DNA of 62,399 nucleotides, counting the filler, from Choristocarpus tenellus KU-1152 (lineage: Eukaryota; Protista; Phaeophyceae): the NCBI GenBank assembly GCA_964200185.2. It is 11 parts of 11 records of this genome, joined end to end, with 100 filler letters (N's around TTAATTAATTAA, not from the genome) between each part and the next. Parts side by side here need not be neighbours in the genome. Positions count along the whole stretch, not along the records: positions 1 to 8,083 come from CAXNAD020005178.1; positions 8,184 to 13,651 come from CAXNAD020010688.1; 9 more parts are not named here. One strand, given 5' to 3'. Numbering within the stretch: the first letter of the stretch is position 1; each line of letters opens with the position of its first letter. Both the position numbers and the translations under genes were made by a program. The notes below the pieces were generated by a model. That model worked only from the letters and a program-made list of their open reading frames with translations. It searched no databases and was not told the origin of the DNA. Below, piece after piece: positions 1 to 11,968 of the stretch.

Positions 1-226
1 AAAAACAATTAACAAAAAAAAAAATAAAAAAAATCGTGCCCCCCCCCCCCCCCCCCCCCCCCCAACTCCCCCCCCACCCCTCCCGAGATCATGAGGTGCT
101 TTTCTTGAAGTTCCACAACAAAAAACAATGAAAAATTGTCTTGTGAGACCCCACCCTGATAGGTGAGCAGAAACGCCTTTTCCTTCCACACCTTTTCAAG
201 GACCAAAACGACCCTCCTTCTCCTAC

Positions 227-3200
227 CTTGGATTGATGCCAAACTTCCTTGTAAAAAAGGGGGAGATCTCTCCCACTGTGGCGTAGGAATCAGATATTTG
301 ACCGAGCTTCTCCTGCAGTCCCTCAGCCCCAGTCGCAGCCAGGGCACCCTCGTGCCAATCCAAGGTCCTTTCCAAGGCAAAGTCAGATCAGCATTTGCCG
401 GGGGGAGGGGGAGGGGGGAGAAATACAATGTGAAGCGTTTTGAGATTTGAGATACTGATGTGATACTAATCAAAGCTGCTGTTTAAAAATAGAATGGAAA
501 CCAATTGTAAATTAACATTATGGAGTGTCCATATTTAGTGGGGATGCAGAAAAGATGTGCACATTTTTTTTTTTTACAGGAATACAATGACTAAAAAAGG
601 TGTATCACAATAGGGTATAGTTTACGAGAACATTTTCTCAAGGGAATACAAATTCAATACATAGGAACAAGTGGACTGGACTCTCTCAAGCACCCACAAC
701 TCCATCCTCTTGCCCCACTGCCCCCACTTCTCCAACTAACTCAACTCTCGTGCAGCAACAACTGGCTCTATTGAAGTTATTACTAGTATTGATACTAATG
801 TTGTATTTGAAGTACAAAAATCAATACTTCAACATAGAGAGCTCTTCACTTTGAACCATACTGTTATCAACCTAATGGTAGAAGTGTATTTTTTAAACAA
901 GAAGATGTCTTGAAGGCATATTCCATCCCCTCTCCGACACGCATATAGCTGCAACTGTAAGTTTTGAACAGCACCCCTGACTGGAGGCTTGCTGGCATTT
1001 CTGTGCACACTTGCAATAATGCTAAAAAATGATCTCAAACACAGAATAACTACATTTCAGAGCACAAACTAAACCGCACTAGGGTGTATGAAAATAAATA
1101 AATTCTTACTCCAGTAGGCAACTCACCAACCCTAAACATAAAAGGGAGCAAATGCATTAATGGACCAAGTTTTACCACCCACCATTGCTACTGTTGTACT
1201 ATATTGATCATCACCAGCACTAAATGCTGTTGGTGAGCCCTTCCAAGTCCATGAGAGACAGCCCACAGCACACATTAGACGGCGGCAATGTTTCAACAGC
1301 CCTCTTCCAATACATAGTAAAGTAAAAAATCAAAATAAAATATCCCACCGAATGTCCATAAGATTCATCCCGGAGGCGTCAGCAGCATCTACCGGGCAGT
1401 GACACCCAGCTAAAACTCCAGTGAGGAAGGAGCTCACCAGGGACACGCGCTCACACGAGGTATAGACGGTGGGCTCCAGACGTGCGATACGTGCGATCTG
1501 CACGAGTGAAGCAATGCACACAGTGGACACATATGAATGTACATGCAAAGGCATCGCAATGAGAGGCGAGCATTATCGCACAAACTAAGGGGCATTCAAG
1601 AACCGTGTCCCCAAAGAACACATACGCCTTCACCCTTCCAAGAGTCCTCTTGGTACCATCCGACACCTCCAGGGGAGTGGTGTGGTACAAGCTGCTGCAC
1701 TCTGTAGGGTTAATGGTCGCCGTGATATACTACTGTTCATTTTTGAAAGTGAGACTCCTTTGAACAAGAGTGTGTGATGCGAATGTGTTCTAAGCACAGC
1801 CCTGTTTCATTTGCTGTACCTGAGAGGGCGAGGCTCTTGTGGCTGACCTTAAGGGAGAGAACAGAGGGAAAGCTTTCCCCTAGGGGTGTTACACCCAGTT
1901 TACATGTTTCCATATTTCCTCTCAACTATTGCCATGAGTAATGCTGGAATGGAAGGTAGGTACTACCGCTTCCCTAGTCTTGTTTACACACCAGAATCTT
2001 TGATTCAAGAGGAGGGGGGTGGTATGATATGTTTGCCTGCTGTGGTATGAAAGGCAGATGACAAAAATGAGAAACTGAAGTGAGTATAAACTACTCTGGA
2101 GGACACAAGAGTGCCTATTGACAAGTATCAAAAATAGAACCAGTACCTCTTAGTAAGACCAGTATAAAAACAACCACAAATGAAATTACATTATTATTTT
2201 CAACATAAGCAAGAAAAAATGTCACCAAATGAAAGGAGCACGAAACGGTCATGGGCGCAAAAACGTTACTTCATCATCTGTACTCAAAGCACTGCTGTGT
2301 TAATCACCGACCCCTCTATGAGAAGAATAATTTGTCCTTGACGACTGTGTCCCTGAACACGCCCATGAATGCCATAAGCAAATCGCTAACATCACACCAA
2401 TTGCATACCCAGCAGGTTTAGAGCCCTTGCTTCTACAACACAACATGCAATGCAGACACCTCACATCTATGTGTACAACACATTGTGACCTTGTTCACCT
2501 GGTTACCACTGAATCGGCAGTATGCTGCAGACCCTGTGGCATCAGCAACCCCTTTCGCACCCCCGAGAGCCTGCTCAAGGGCAATGCACTCCTTGGTGGT
2601 GCTACTGTCGGCCCAAATAGGGCAGTCTTGTCTTGCAAAACACCCGTGGAGAGCCTGTGGTTAACCACAATAGCCATTATGTTGTCCACATTAGTACTTA
2701 TCATGCTATGGCGTGGATAGCGGAAACGTGAGCAGGCTCTGGTGGTGGGTTTAGAGGAGTGGTCAGGGATGACAATTATCACTTTCAGATAAAGGGCTGA
2801 GGTTGAACTGCATGGCGGGGTGCAGAGTTGAACCGATAGTCGACTTGGAATGGTGTTCGGGGGACCAAATTAGGTTGCGACTCTGCCGTCGTCTTGCGTC
2901 TTGCGTTCCATACGCAGAGTTGCATAATTTTCTCTGCTTCAATCCAACATGCTCCTCACATCTAGGAGTGTCGTCTTCCTATCTAGCTCTGCCATCGCCG
3001 CGAGGGTCTTTCCTGCCCCACACTTCCAGTAGACGGTACCGTGTTGCTGACCACTCACAGACACTGCTCGTACTCGGCCCAGGACAGATGACCCCCATGT
3101 AGCTGACCCAGTCATCGGCTCATCCCCTCCATCTCCCCCTTTCCCACTATATCCATCTTTAGCTTTTCCAGTCGAACCACATTTGTCAGGTTGTTCCTTG

Positions 3201-3869
3201 GTAGAGAATGCTAGGCGGGAGAGAATAATGTCAAGTGCATCTACCCACATTGTAACAGGGGACGTTACTACAGCATTCTGCAGTGGGAGGTGCAGGAGGA
3301 CATGGTGGACACGTGGGATAGTAGCATGAAAGAGGGGAATAAGAGCTTAGGAGTGTCGAAGGAGGAGGGGGTGCAATGCCATTGCAACCTCGTGTTTTTG
3401 GTGGACACATTGCACTTGTCACTTACAATGGAGGATATGGTCTGCAACTTCATCAATATCGTTGATTTGCAACATAGCAATAAGTTTCAAACAAAAAAAT
3501 CGTGCTCCTATTGATGGAAAAAAACGGACAGCTTATTACCACCCCTAGAGATGCAGGAGCAGAGTTGGACCGAGTTGAAGTTGGAACCTGTCATGGACAG
3601 GGGTTAGAATAGTGTACGAATACAGCACCCCTCTCGCCCATCAGCACATCATAACTTGCCTTTTCCCCATTATCTCCATCGCGAATGTGCATCCCATGTT
3701 CAGTATTGTAGTGTGGGAGGTCCTGTGCGTACTGCAAGGAGTCGACGTAGACAGGGGGAGCACCAGGGGTGTCAGAGAGGAGGACCAGAGTCAGAGACTG
3801 CGTGCTGAGGTCTAAGCCGAGCCACAAAGGTGAATCATTGTCTTGTCTCTCTGTAACAATGGCGGACAT
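227..3869 (-). CDS. XYLB: Xylulose kinase (eukaryotic FGGY-family xylulokinase), 5' part; 3' end missing at the contig edge
   Basis: Manual splicing gives exons 3869-3660, 3277-2960, 2654-2499, 1497-1349 and 367-227, all phase-compatible. The translation has the family motifs LWLGLDLSTQS, VTSPVTMWVDALD, VSVSGQQHGTVYW, CPIWADSSTT, TGSAAYCRFSGNQI, ERVSLVSSFL, DASGMNLMDIRTLDW and VGEISPFFTRKFGINP. Intron 1 has a GC donor. Confidence 0.92.
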
Positions 3870-5126
3870 ATCCTGGATAGAAGAGGTAGAGAGTCCCCCC
3901 AACTGATAGAGGACACTTGGGATGTCCAAGAAGAAGGGAAGGATCCCCAATAACTTCTACTATAATTTGGAAGGCGTTCATCCTCTTAAGATGTACCAAC
4001 CTCTCTACTACCTTACACCTCTAACACAAGAGGCCATCGTACATTACGTCACACCTCTCTTCTCCTCGCGATATCCTTTCATGTGGAGCAAATTTTTTGG
4101 TCCAGGGGAGGCTTGGGCCGATGGGTCACCAGCGTCGGCTGCTGCTGGACCAGGTTTAATTTAGTCTAAGCTTCTGCGATGCTTGGTCGATTTGGAAAAT
4201 ATGTCGCTACTTTCGACAAGCTACTCTTGCTAAGGCAGCATGAAACCCCGTAGTTTAAAGAACAGTAGGGGGTCCGTCTATTGTGGTTAAGGGTTTGGGC
4301 TGAGATCCACTATTTTAGGGTACGGTTGATGAGCTCGACTACTTCTGGCATATACTGAAGTTGCACCCTTAGGGTGTTTCCTCTTGGGTTAACTTCTTCG
4401 CACGTGTGTTCCTGGCCCTTGTTCCATTCCTATGGTTGCCTTTCTTTCCATCAAACTAGCAAAAGCGAACTCATGTGATGAACTTCTTCGTTCAAGCTTT
4501 CTTGCCCGTACCATACTTGAGTCTCTACCAACCTCCTTGACTTTTATTAACCTATCGAAATCACCAGGAGTCGAGTCCCCGATCCATTCACCCCCCTCAA
4601 CCTCAAGGGTCATCTTGCTCCTTATCCAATTCCCGTGGCAACGAGCTCAAACTTCCTTGCCATTTTGAACCTTCCTCTATTGCACGATGACTTTCCACAA
4701 ACCTCACACTGTGAACACCTCAACCTCGACTTGTCTCATGCTCAATGACACACCCCGACTCTGCTCCTACCCTGGTCTTATCTCGATGAGCTGTGACCAA
4801 ACATCACTGGACCTAGCCTCACCCCATGTACTCCTTGCACTTGCACCTTTCTGGCGTCCTCAGAGTCTACGGAGCCTGTGCACAACCCTGGTCCCTATCG
4901 AGGTGGGGTGGGCTTCAATGCAGAAGCCATGGAGAGGTACGTATGCTGGGACAATTGCCTCGAACTTGCAATACATGTTCCCATGTTGTGATGGTCAGGG
5001 AGCGGAGGTGCCCTATGCGGACCCTTCTTGGACTGTATGTGCTAATTTGTCAAATGGGACAAGTGATCCGACTTATCCTCATCCTCAAGCCAATTCACCC
5101 CACCTCCCTCCTACCTTATGAAACAG

Positions 5127-7589
5127 GGCAGCAACACTGACAGTTGAGATGGATAGACTACGGGGGGCAGCACAATCGGTAGCACAGAAACGGCGTGCCC
5201 AGGAGAATGAAAGGTTCAATGAGCTCAAAGCCAAGGAAGAGGAGCTTAAGGACTACTCCAGACAGGCAGAGCGGGCCATCGACCATAAGGTTTTTATATG
5301 TCTTGCAAGGAGATGGGGAATTCAAGGATTCTTTGGAGGGGAAAGGGAGGAGGGCAGGGAGGGGGGAGTGTGACTTGGACTGTGGTGTTGTGGGGTGGGA
5401 ATAATTACCTGGGTGAGACTTTGTGCAAGCGGAATGTAGAGATGTATGGCAGGCTTTGTTGGATGGGAATAGGTCACCCACGAGGGCTGGAGTGTTCGTA
5501 TTGTTTGGGTGGAAAGGTTGAGAGAAGAAATACAGGCAAACAAGAGACACTGCTGCATTGCTTATGACATTTTTCTCAGTCCTGACTCTGGTGCATCACT
5601 ACGGTATTGACTCTTTTTCAATGAGGGTTAGGGTTTTGTGCACATCTGCAAGGCATACTCTGTGATTGCGTGACTGTCTGTTTCCATTCTGATACTAAAG
5701 CAAATAACGGCACTGTTAAATTTAGGTCATTTGCAGTAGTACTATAGTAGCAGTCCTTCAATTGCTTGTGAAGACCACCTGTGAAAGAAGTCCATATCGC
5801 CCTTCACCTGTAGCACAGTCAGACCTCTTTGATCCATCCTTGACCCTTATGATGACTTCAACTGCCATTCTCCATGGCATTGTTCTTAACTCTGAATGGA
5901 AGTACAGTACACTAGTACAGTTACGCAGCCATCTATGGAAAGGTACTTTGCCTCTGCAGTGGACTGAGCAACCGCATGCGAGGTTGATATGTTTCTTAGT
6001 GAATACACCACTCCTCAACAACAGTTGCTTTATTTATTTATTTTAAACCACTTTTTGTTGGCTCGGTTTTGTGAAGTTTGCCTGACTGACTGCCCTTTCT
6101 TTCATGGTGAAGTTGGTGTGTGAGTTGTTGCATCCTCCTGGTGGTCCTACTCCTTAGGAGATTTTCGCTCATTTCCTTATCCATTTGTCACAGGCAGAGA
6201 TACCACTCCACTGGCCCTCCAACGCCCGGCCTCACCATAGGAAAACCATGATATACCATTGTTTGCATAGGTTGTGTCCTCCATGTATGCAGTGTTGGCT
6301 TTGCTTGTTTTATGTGCTCTTGTCCATGAAGCTGGTTGTTATAACGGCCCTGGGTTTGTATTGAGAGTGTTGCTGTGTTGCTACTCATCTTATTGAAGTG
6401 ATGTGTAGTGTTTATTCGTTATTATTATTACTATTAGTGTTAATAGTTTTATTAGTATTATTAGTATTATTAGTATTATTATAATCTACACCAGAGTATG
6501 TGCTACTAGCGCACACCTGTGCTATTCTTTCTGTTGTTTTGGTCTCCTTCAGTATGCACACCTACATGCATGTTTTAGGTGATACTCGTATTGGGTGTAC
6601 GTCAAGGTTCTGTTCTTTTCTGTCATTTTTTTTTCTCTACGATTTGTTTTACAGGTGCATGAGGAGAGTGTGAGGATGAGGGAGCTCCAGAAGGAGCAGG
6701 ACAAAATTCGGGCAGACTTCAAGGTCTGTTTATGGGGTTAGGGAGAAAGGAGGGCAGGGGGGGATTCAGGGGACTCATTTGTTGGGCCATCTCTGATGGT
6801 TTTGTCAATACTCCACCAGTAATGAAACATTGTGCATATGGAAGGCGTGTTCTAGATATGTATGGTGTTATGCAGCTTATAGTTTTAGATGGCCTCAAGA
6901 GAGATGCCTTAGCTAGATATGTACTTTACAGCAGTTGTCCTTCCTTCGTTCTCCATACAGCAGGCCTTTCAGAGTCTTTTATTTGAGAAGGTTTGATAAT
7001 TTTCCCCATGGCTCGATTGAATTTGTACCAATCTGCACCTGGGGAGTGTGACACACATCATCACATCATTTGTAGATCACAACAGCATCCGCCCCCTGCC
7101 CCCCTTCATCTTGTTTTATTCTCCGTGTTTCAACCCACTTAGATGGCATGTTCATCATGACCTGTCACACTCCTCAAAGAGTTGAAATTTGCAGGTCTTC
7201 TACATTTGGACCACCTTGTGGACCGGGCCATAGAACTAGTGCCAACCCAGGACCCCAACTTTTTCATGAGTATAGTAGGCAACGGGACTGTGGTTTGGAC
7301 TAAACCTTTCACGCACCACAGTGGTCCCAAGACTGGACCTTTCACAACTATCTGGTCCAATGCAGAGACCCCCCTGAAAAAAAAGAAGTAGAGGAGGGTG
7401 TACGCCATCCAAGGCGTGTATGTGGCTACACTGTAGTACTGTTAACAATGATACTACAGCTGTTTTGTTGTGAGATCAATTCTGGTACGGTGATTTGTTT
7501 TTTCGCAGGATGGTCTGGCCCGGCAGTTGGACGCAGACAAGATGCAGCTGGAGAAGGTGGAGAAGGAGAAGCAACAGAGGCATGAGGAG
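5127..7589 (+). CDS. Coiled-coil protein, internal exons (unidentified), divergent from xylulokinase
   Basis: Exons 5127-5289, 6655-6723 and 7509-7589 are AG/GT bounded and join in frame: ...EMDRLRGAAQSVAQKRRAQENERFNELKAKEEELKDYSRQAERAIDHK/VHEESVRMRELQKEQDKIRADFK/DGLARQLDADKMQLEKVEKEKQQRHEE. The sequence is E/K/R/Q-rich and heptad-like. A further upstream exon near 4864-4902 is possible. Confidence 0.65.
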
Positions 7590-7899
7590 GTAGGCAGGGC
7601 ATTCTCATGAGCGTATCGGGGTGTGTACCAGCGGCGTACTAGTACATTGTGGGCGGGGGGTACTCGAGTGTGTTATGGAGTTTGTAAAAAGTAGGAAGGC
7701 CTTTTGTCGTGGGTTGTTGTAAGGTGTACCGTCTCTGTGGTTGTGTTTGTCCTCGCCTTCCCTTTTGGCATGCATCGCCTGAGAAATGTCGGTGGGCGTG
7801 GATTGTAGTACCTGCGATACTCTTTTTTTTTTAAAGAAGGAAAAGCTCTGCAACGGTTCAGGCGTATGTTCTTCAACCCCCTTCTTGTGCAAGCTATTG

Positions 7900-7938
<39 letters not shown>

Positions 7939-8033
7939 TGGTATAGTAGCCGGGCTAATAGATTTCAAGTCAAGAGTTGTTTGGCGTCCAGCAGAGGCCC
8001 TCACCAGTCCAGGGGTCTCTCTTTTTCTTATCC

Positions 8034-8077
<44 letters not shown>

Positions 8078-8083
8078 CCCCCC

Positions 8084-8183
8084 NNNNNNNNNNNNNNNNN
8101 NNNNNNNNNNNNNNNNNNNNNNNNNNNTTAATTAATTAANNNNNNNNNNNNNNNNNNNNNNNNNNNNNNNNNNNNNNNNNNNN
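8084..8183. other. Artificial contig linker (N44-TTAATTAATTAA-N44)
   Basis: The same 100-nt spacer with stops in all frames occurs at 13652-13751, 17890-17989, 22236-22335, 29092-29191, 38777-38876, 42156-42255, 50220-50319, 54402-54501 and 57528-57627. Confidence 0.98.
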
Positions 8184-8225
8184 CCAAAATGGACAGCCGC
8201 CACCCCCTTCCAGATACTTTGACCC
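8184..8225 (-). mobile_element. MITE family A, terminal fragment at contig start
   Basis: CCAAAATGGACAGCCGCCACCCCCTTCCAGATACTTTGACCC matches the end of the full copy at 51067-51244. Confidence 0.8.
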
Positions 8226-8288
8226 CCAAAAATGCCGTACATTGTGATACTTGGAAGGTTAAATAGTTATTTGACCCAAAGCATTGAA

Positions 8289-8516
8289 GAGGGTAGGGCC
8301 AAATCAGTTTGGGGTCATAAGTTGCAATTTGATGAATTTGGGGAATCGTGTTCGTTAGTATCAACATCCTTGCTCCGGATACACGCTTCATAGTCATACT
8401 CCAAAATGTTTCGGAGTAGGTAACTCTGTTCACACAGAAAACCGAAAAAGGGCATAAAAAACTCGTGGGAAGCCAATCCCCAAATAATGGACAAATAGGA
8501 CAAAAATCCTACCCTC
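8289..8516 (-). mobile_element. MITE family C (~225 bp, GAGGGTAG...CTACCCTC termini, central hairpin)
   Basis: Short TIRs. The arms are the reverse complement of those in the copy at 59534-59758, and the copies share the core TACTCCAAAATGTTTCGGAGTAGGTA. Confidence 0.7.
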
Positions 8517-9390
8517 ATAAATTCTTGTTGGGTTGGTCATTTAATTGTCGAATGCCACTAGGAGAGTTACATATTTATACTACCAACAGTTGGGTGTTGG
8601 ACACATACATGGTGGATTGTGGCGAATCCAAATTTTGAGAAGCAAGGTGCATGCACAAAGGAAGCAGGAAAAACTAGCTGTAATACCTTGAGACGACGAG
8701 TCAGGATAGCCCAGTCTACACCTTCTAAGATAGAGAACGGCTAAAAAAAATCAACTCTCACCTGTGTGATAAATACTTAGATGAATCAATGATTTACAAG
8801 GATGAAGTGTTGGATTGAATCTTTTTCTTATGCATGGAAATGTAGCAACAAATGAATGTCCACTTTTTTTTCTCATACTGCATCTACACTACATGTAGAA
8901 AAGTTATCACCCCTTTTTTCACCCTATTATCCACCACTTCCGTTTTCTTGTGTTCCAAAGAAAATTCTAATACATTCCTCTCACAATTGTATCAGCATGG
9001 ACCATTGATGCACAGAGGTTGTATATTTGACGTACATGGACACAGGCATTGGTAGAGCAATTCCTCAAAATCAGTAGTCGCCATCATCAATATTGCACTT
9101 TCGGGTGGAGAGCAAGCCAGTCAGGGATGCTAAGGTGACACGAAATACTCTTCTTGGGGACAATGTTCGCACGTATTTTGAATAGACCAAAAAGCTACTG
9201 GGCAAGAATATGCCACCAGAGCAAAGAGGGCATTGACTTAATCTTAATCACCAACATATTGACCAAAGATCATAGGTAATAGCCGTTGTGCCCCCTACTG
9301 CCATACTACCCTACTGGGGATACACATGTCACAACCTCAATTCATCACGTGAAGAATTAACACAATGCACTGCTGCCATGTTTGTTGCAT

Positions 9391-11968
9391 TCACAACAGA
9401 ACAAAGGGGACAGCCGAAAACACCCCCCCCCCGTCCTCAGGTCGGTTATCAAATAGGCCTGATGGGCGACGGAATGCCAGTGGAACCTGGTCCATTTTCT
9501 TGCGCATTTCCTGTATTAACCAAATCGAGTGAGCCATAGCAACAAGACACACAAAAGCGATATATACTGAGATTGAGGAGATAGGAAAGGTTAAATGGAC
9601 AAAGATATCCTATTAGCTATATGTCACAAGTTTGTTCTACAATTGATTAGGGCAACTGCTATCAAGGTTGGGGATGGGACAAAGGGCATGTGAACCACAT
9701 TGCACATTGCAGATGACCAGAAGGTCATGGGTAAACACTGTTTCACAAACAAATCAGCAGGACATCTCATACAGAAACAGACAGACGTTCTTACATTACA
9801 CGTCATACACTCAATAATCATTACAACAAGAGACAGTCCCGAGTAATGGGCGACAGACTGGGAATAGCGTATATTGTGACAATGATGAACAAGCAAAGTG
9901 TGATAGAGTCTTAGAAAATAACCTCAAGAACCTATTCCATATGGAGCAATCCGTTGATCCTGCTGTGGTACTGCCATCGTACAAACTTAGGGTTAGGGTT
10001 AGACGGTTCTTGCATTGGTTAAACCAAGCACAAAAAAATCCAGTTGCCAAAATGACTAAGCCCATACTAAATCCGTTCTAAATCTGCAGCAAGATCTCAT
10101 TGCAATTCTTGGGGGTCACATTTTGAGAGCACTACTGCATGCTAGCTATGGCCTTTTACAAGAAATTGTCCACACAAAATGGGATCCAAGACAACATAGC
10201 CACGAACCCATCAGAACAACACAATAAATCCTTCCACAAAGACATTATAAAAATGATAAGAAGCTCCCTAAGGACATACTATGTGGCACATCTACCATGC
10301 CCTTAAACCCATCCTAGAATAGTACGTATACCACACGCCATCCAAGGTAATTTTGATAAATAAAATACAGACAGCAACAGTGACGAATTTTGTACAACTT
10401 GAAATTGGCGCAATTGTATTGTATGTGTCAGTGGGGGGCGATACCCACGGGGATTGAATGCATCTTTGAGTTGTACCTGGTCAAACAGAGTTTGGTATGT
10501 CACCCCAGCAAGCTGGGAAGGTGCAGAAAAGGAAACCGCTTCTGGTCCATCATCAAATGGCAGGCTGAACCCCCGTGCCTGTATCCATTCAACATCGCAC
10601 AACAAAATCCAGAAAGATCACATTAATGCTACATCAATGCTACATCCTTAAGAGCGATGGTGGCAATGCCGATATTGGGTTAGGGTTAGGGTTGGGGTAC
10701 ACAAACACCAATAGAATAGCCACTACAACACATTCAACCAATGATATCAATTCATCCTCGCACCTCCCAATTTGATCACTCAGCAGAATGGGAACGAACT
10801 TACATTGGCATGTCCACCTGCTTTGTCAGAGAAAAGGCACTACAGGTAATTGCATATTACTCCATATTTTAATATAAAAACAAACCACTAAAACAAGGTT
10901 ACACCTGATGAGAGACTATGCAGGTAACAAGCTTTCACAACTACTAATACTGGTGTACTCGTTTCAGAGTAGAGATACCACACAAAATACATACTGTACC
11001 AAGTACTAAGTACTAGAACAATACAACAACCAGTCATGGAAAGTAAAAATATCACCATTATGACAGCAGCCCACCAAATCGTGGATTCTCACTGACTCTG
11101 TTTGGGGAGATTGATGGATCGGTATGATGACACGAATCATACCATTGATGCACACACATACCGATATCGGTATAATCAAAACCCATTATACCATTATCAG
11201 TTTATTTCACAGATATACTGCATCGCCAACAAAACCCTAACCCTATTTCCACTCCTGAACCAAAAAGGCACAACCAGGTGCAGGGTTAGGGTCTCTACGT
11301 ACACAACAGCAAGGGTTAGGGTTAGGCACACACACAAAATAAACAAGTTAGGGTACTTTTGCTACAAGTCCAACTTCTTTTCAGACTTAGGGTTAGGGTG
11401 CTTTGCTACAAGTTCAACTTAGGGTTAGGGTGCTCTTACTATGAGTCCAACTTCTTTTCACAGACTAAGTACAAAAACCAAACAACGAGGCTTTCGTGCA
11501 ACCACTCCAAAAAAACAAACAGGGTGAACTCATCCCCACGCAAATAGAATAACCTCCATCCCTCCTCCCTCCTGATACCCCTCCAACAACGCCTTGCCAA
11601 GGGCATACAAACAACGCACCAGAGTGGCCACCGAAGGGTGACAGTGTTGTCGAAGAGCATCCACCTCCCATAGGGACGTCCTCAGCCCGCCAGCCTCCTC
11701 TGTCCTCTCTGCCTTGGGATCAAACTCATCCACATAGCTCGCCTTTGCCCCTTCCACCCCACCGGTGGTCAACCCTGAGGCCGCTTCCCTCCCCACCTCA
11801 GGAGGGGCAGCACCCTTCACAACGCTCAAAGCGCTACCAACATCGTTCTCTATTTTCTTGACAGGCGCAGACTTGATCAAGCTCATGCATTCAGGGTGAC
11901 GCCGGAGGAGCTTCCGGACCAGCGACAGGACGAACAGAGCTCCGGAAGGAGGGGCCTGGAGAGCGGCC
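9391..11968 (-). CDS. NOC4: Nucleolar complex protein 4 (CBF/Mak21 domain), 3' part
   Basis: Exons 11968-11620, 10578-10477 and 9510-9391 (stop TGA) join in phase: AALQAPPSGALFVLSLVRKLLRRHPEC...FDPKAE...SLWEVDALRQHCHPSVATL/ARGF...TYQTLFDQ/EMRKKMDQVPLAFRRPSGLF...*. This matches NOC4 C-terminal motifs. Confidence 0.85.

Noticed and set aside
8033-8083. Long poly-C/poly-G runs giving poly-Pro/Gly ORFs (also near 39, 18056, 22217, 38711, 42132, 54362)
   Set aside because: They sit at contig ends where homopolymer length is unreliable, and they are not coding. G-quadruplex function cannot be supported from this alone.
8128-8139. Recurrent TTAATTAATTAA palindrome flanked by Ns
   Set aside because: Artificial concatenation linker, so gene neighbourhoods across linkers are meaningless.
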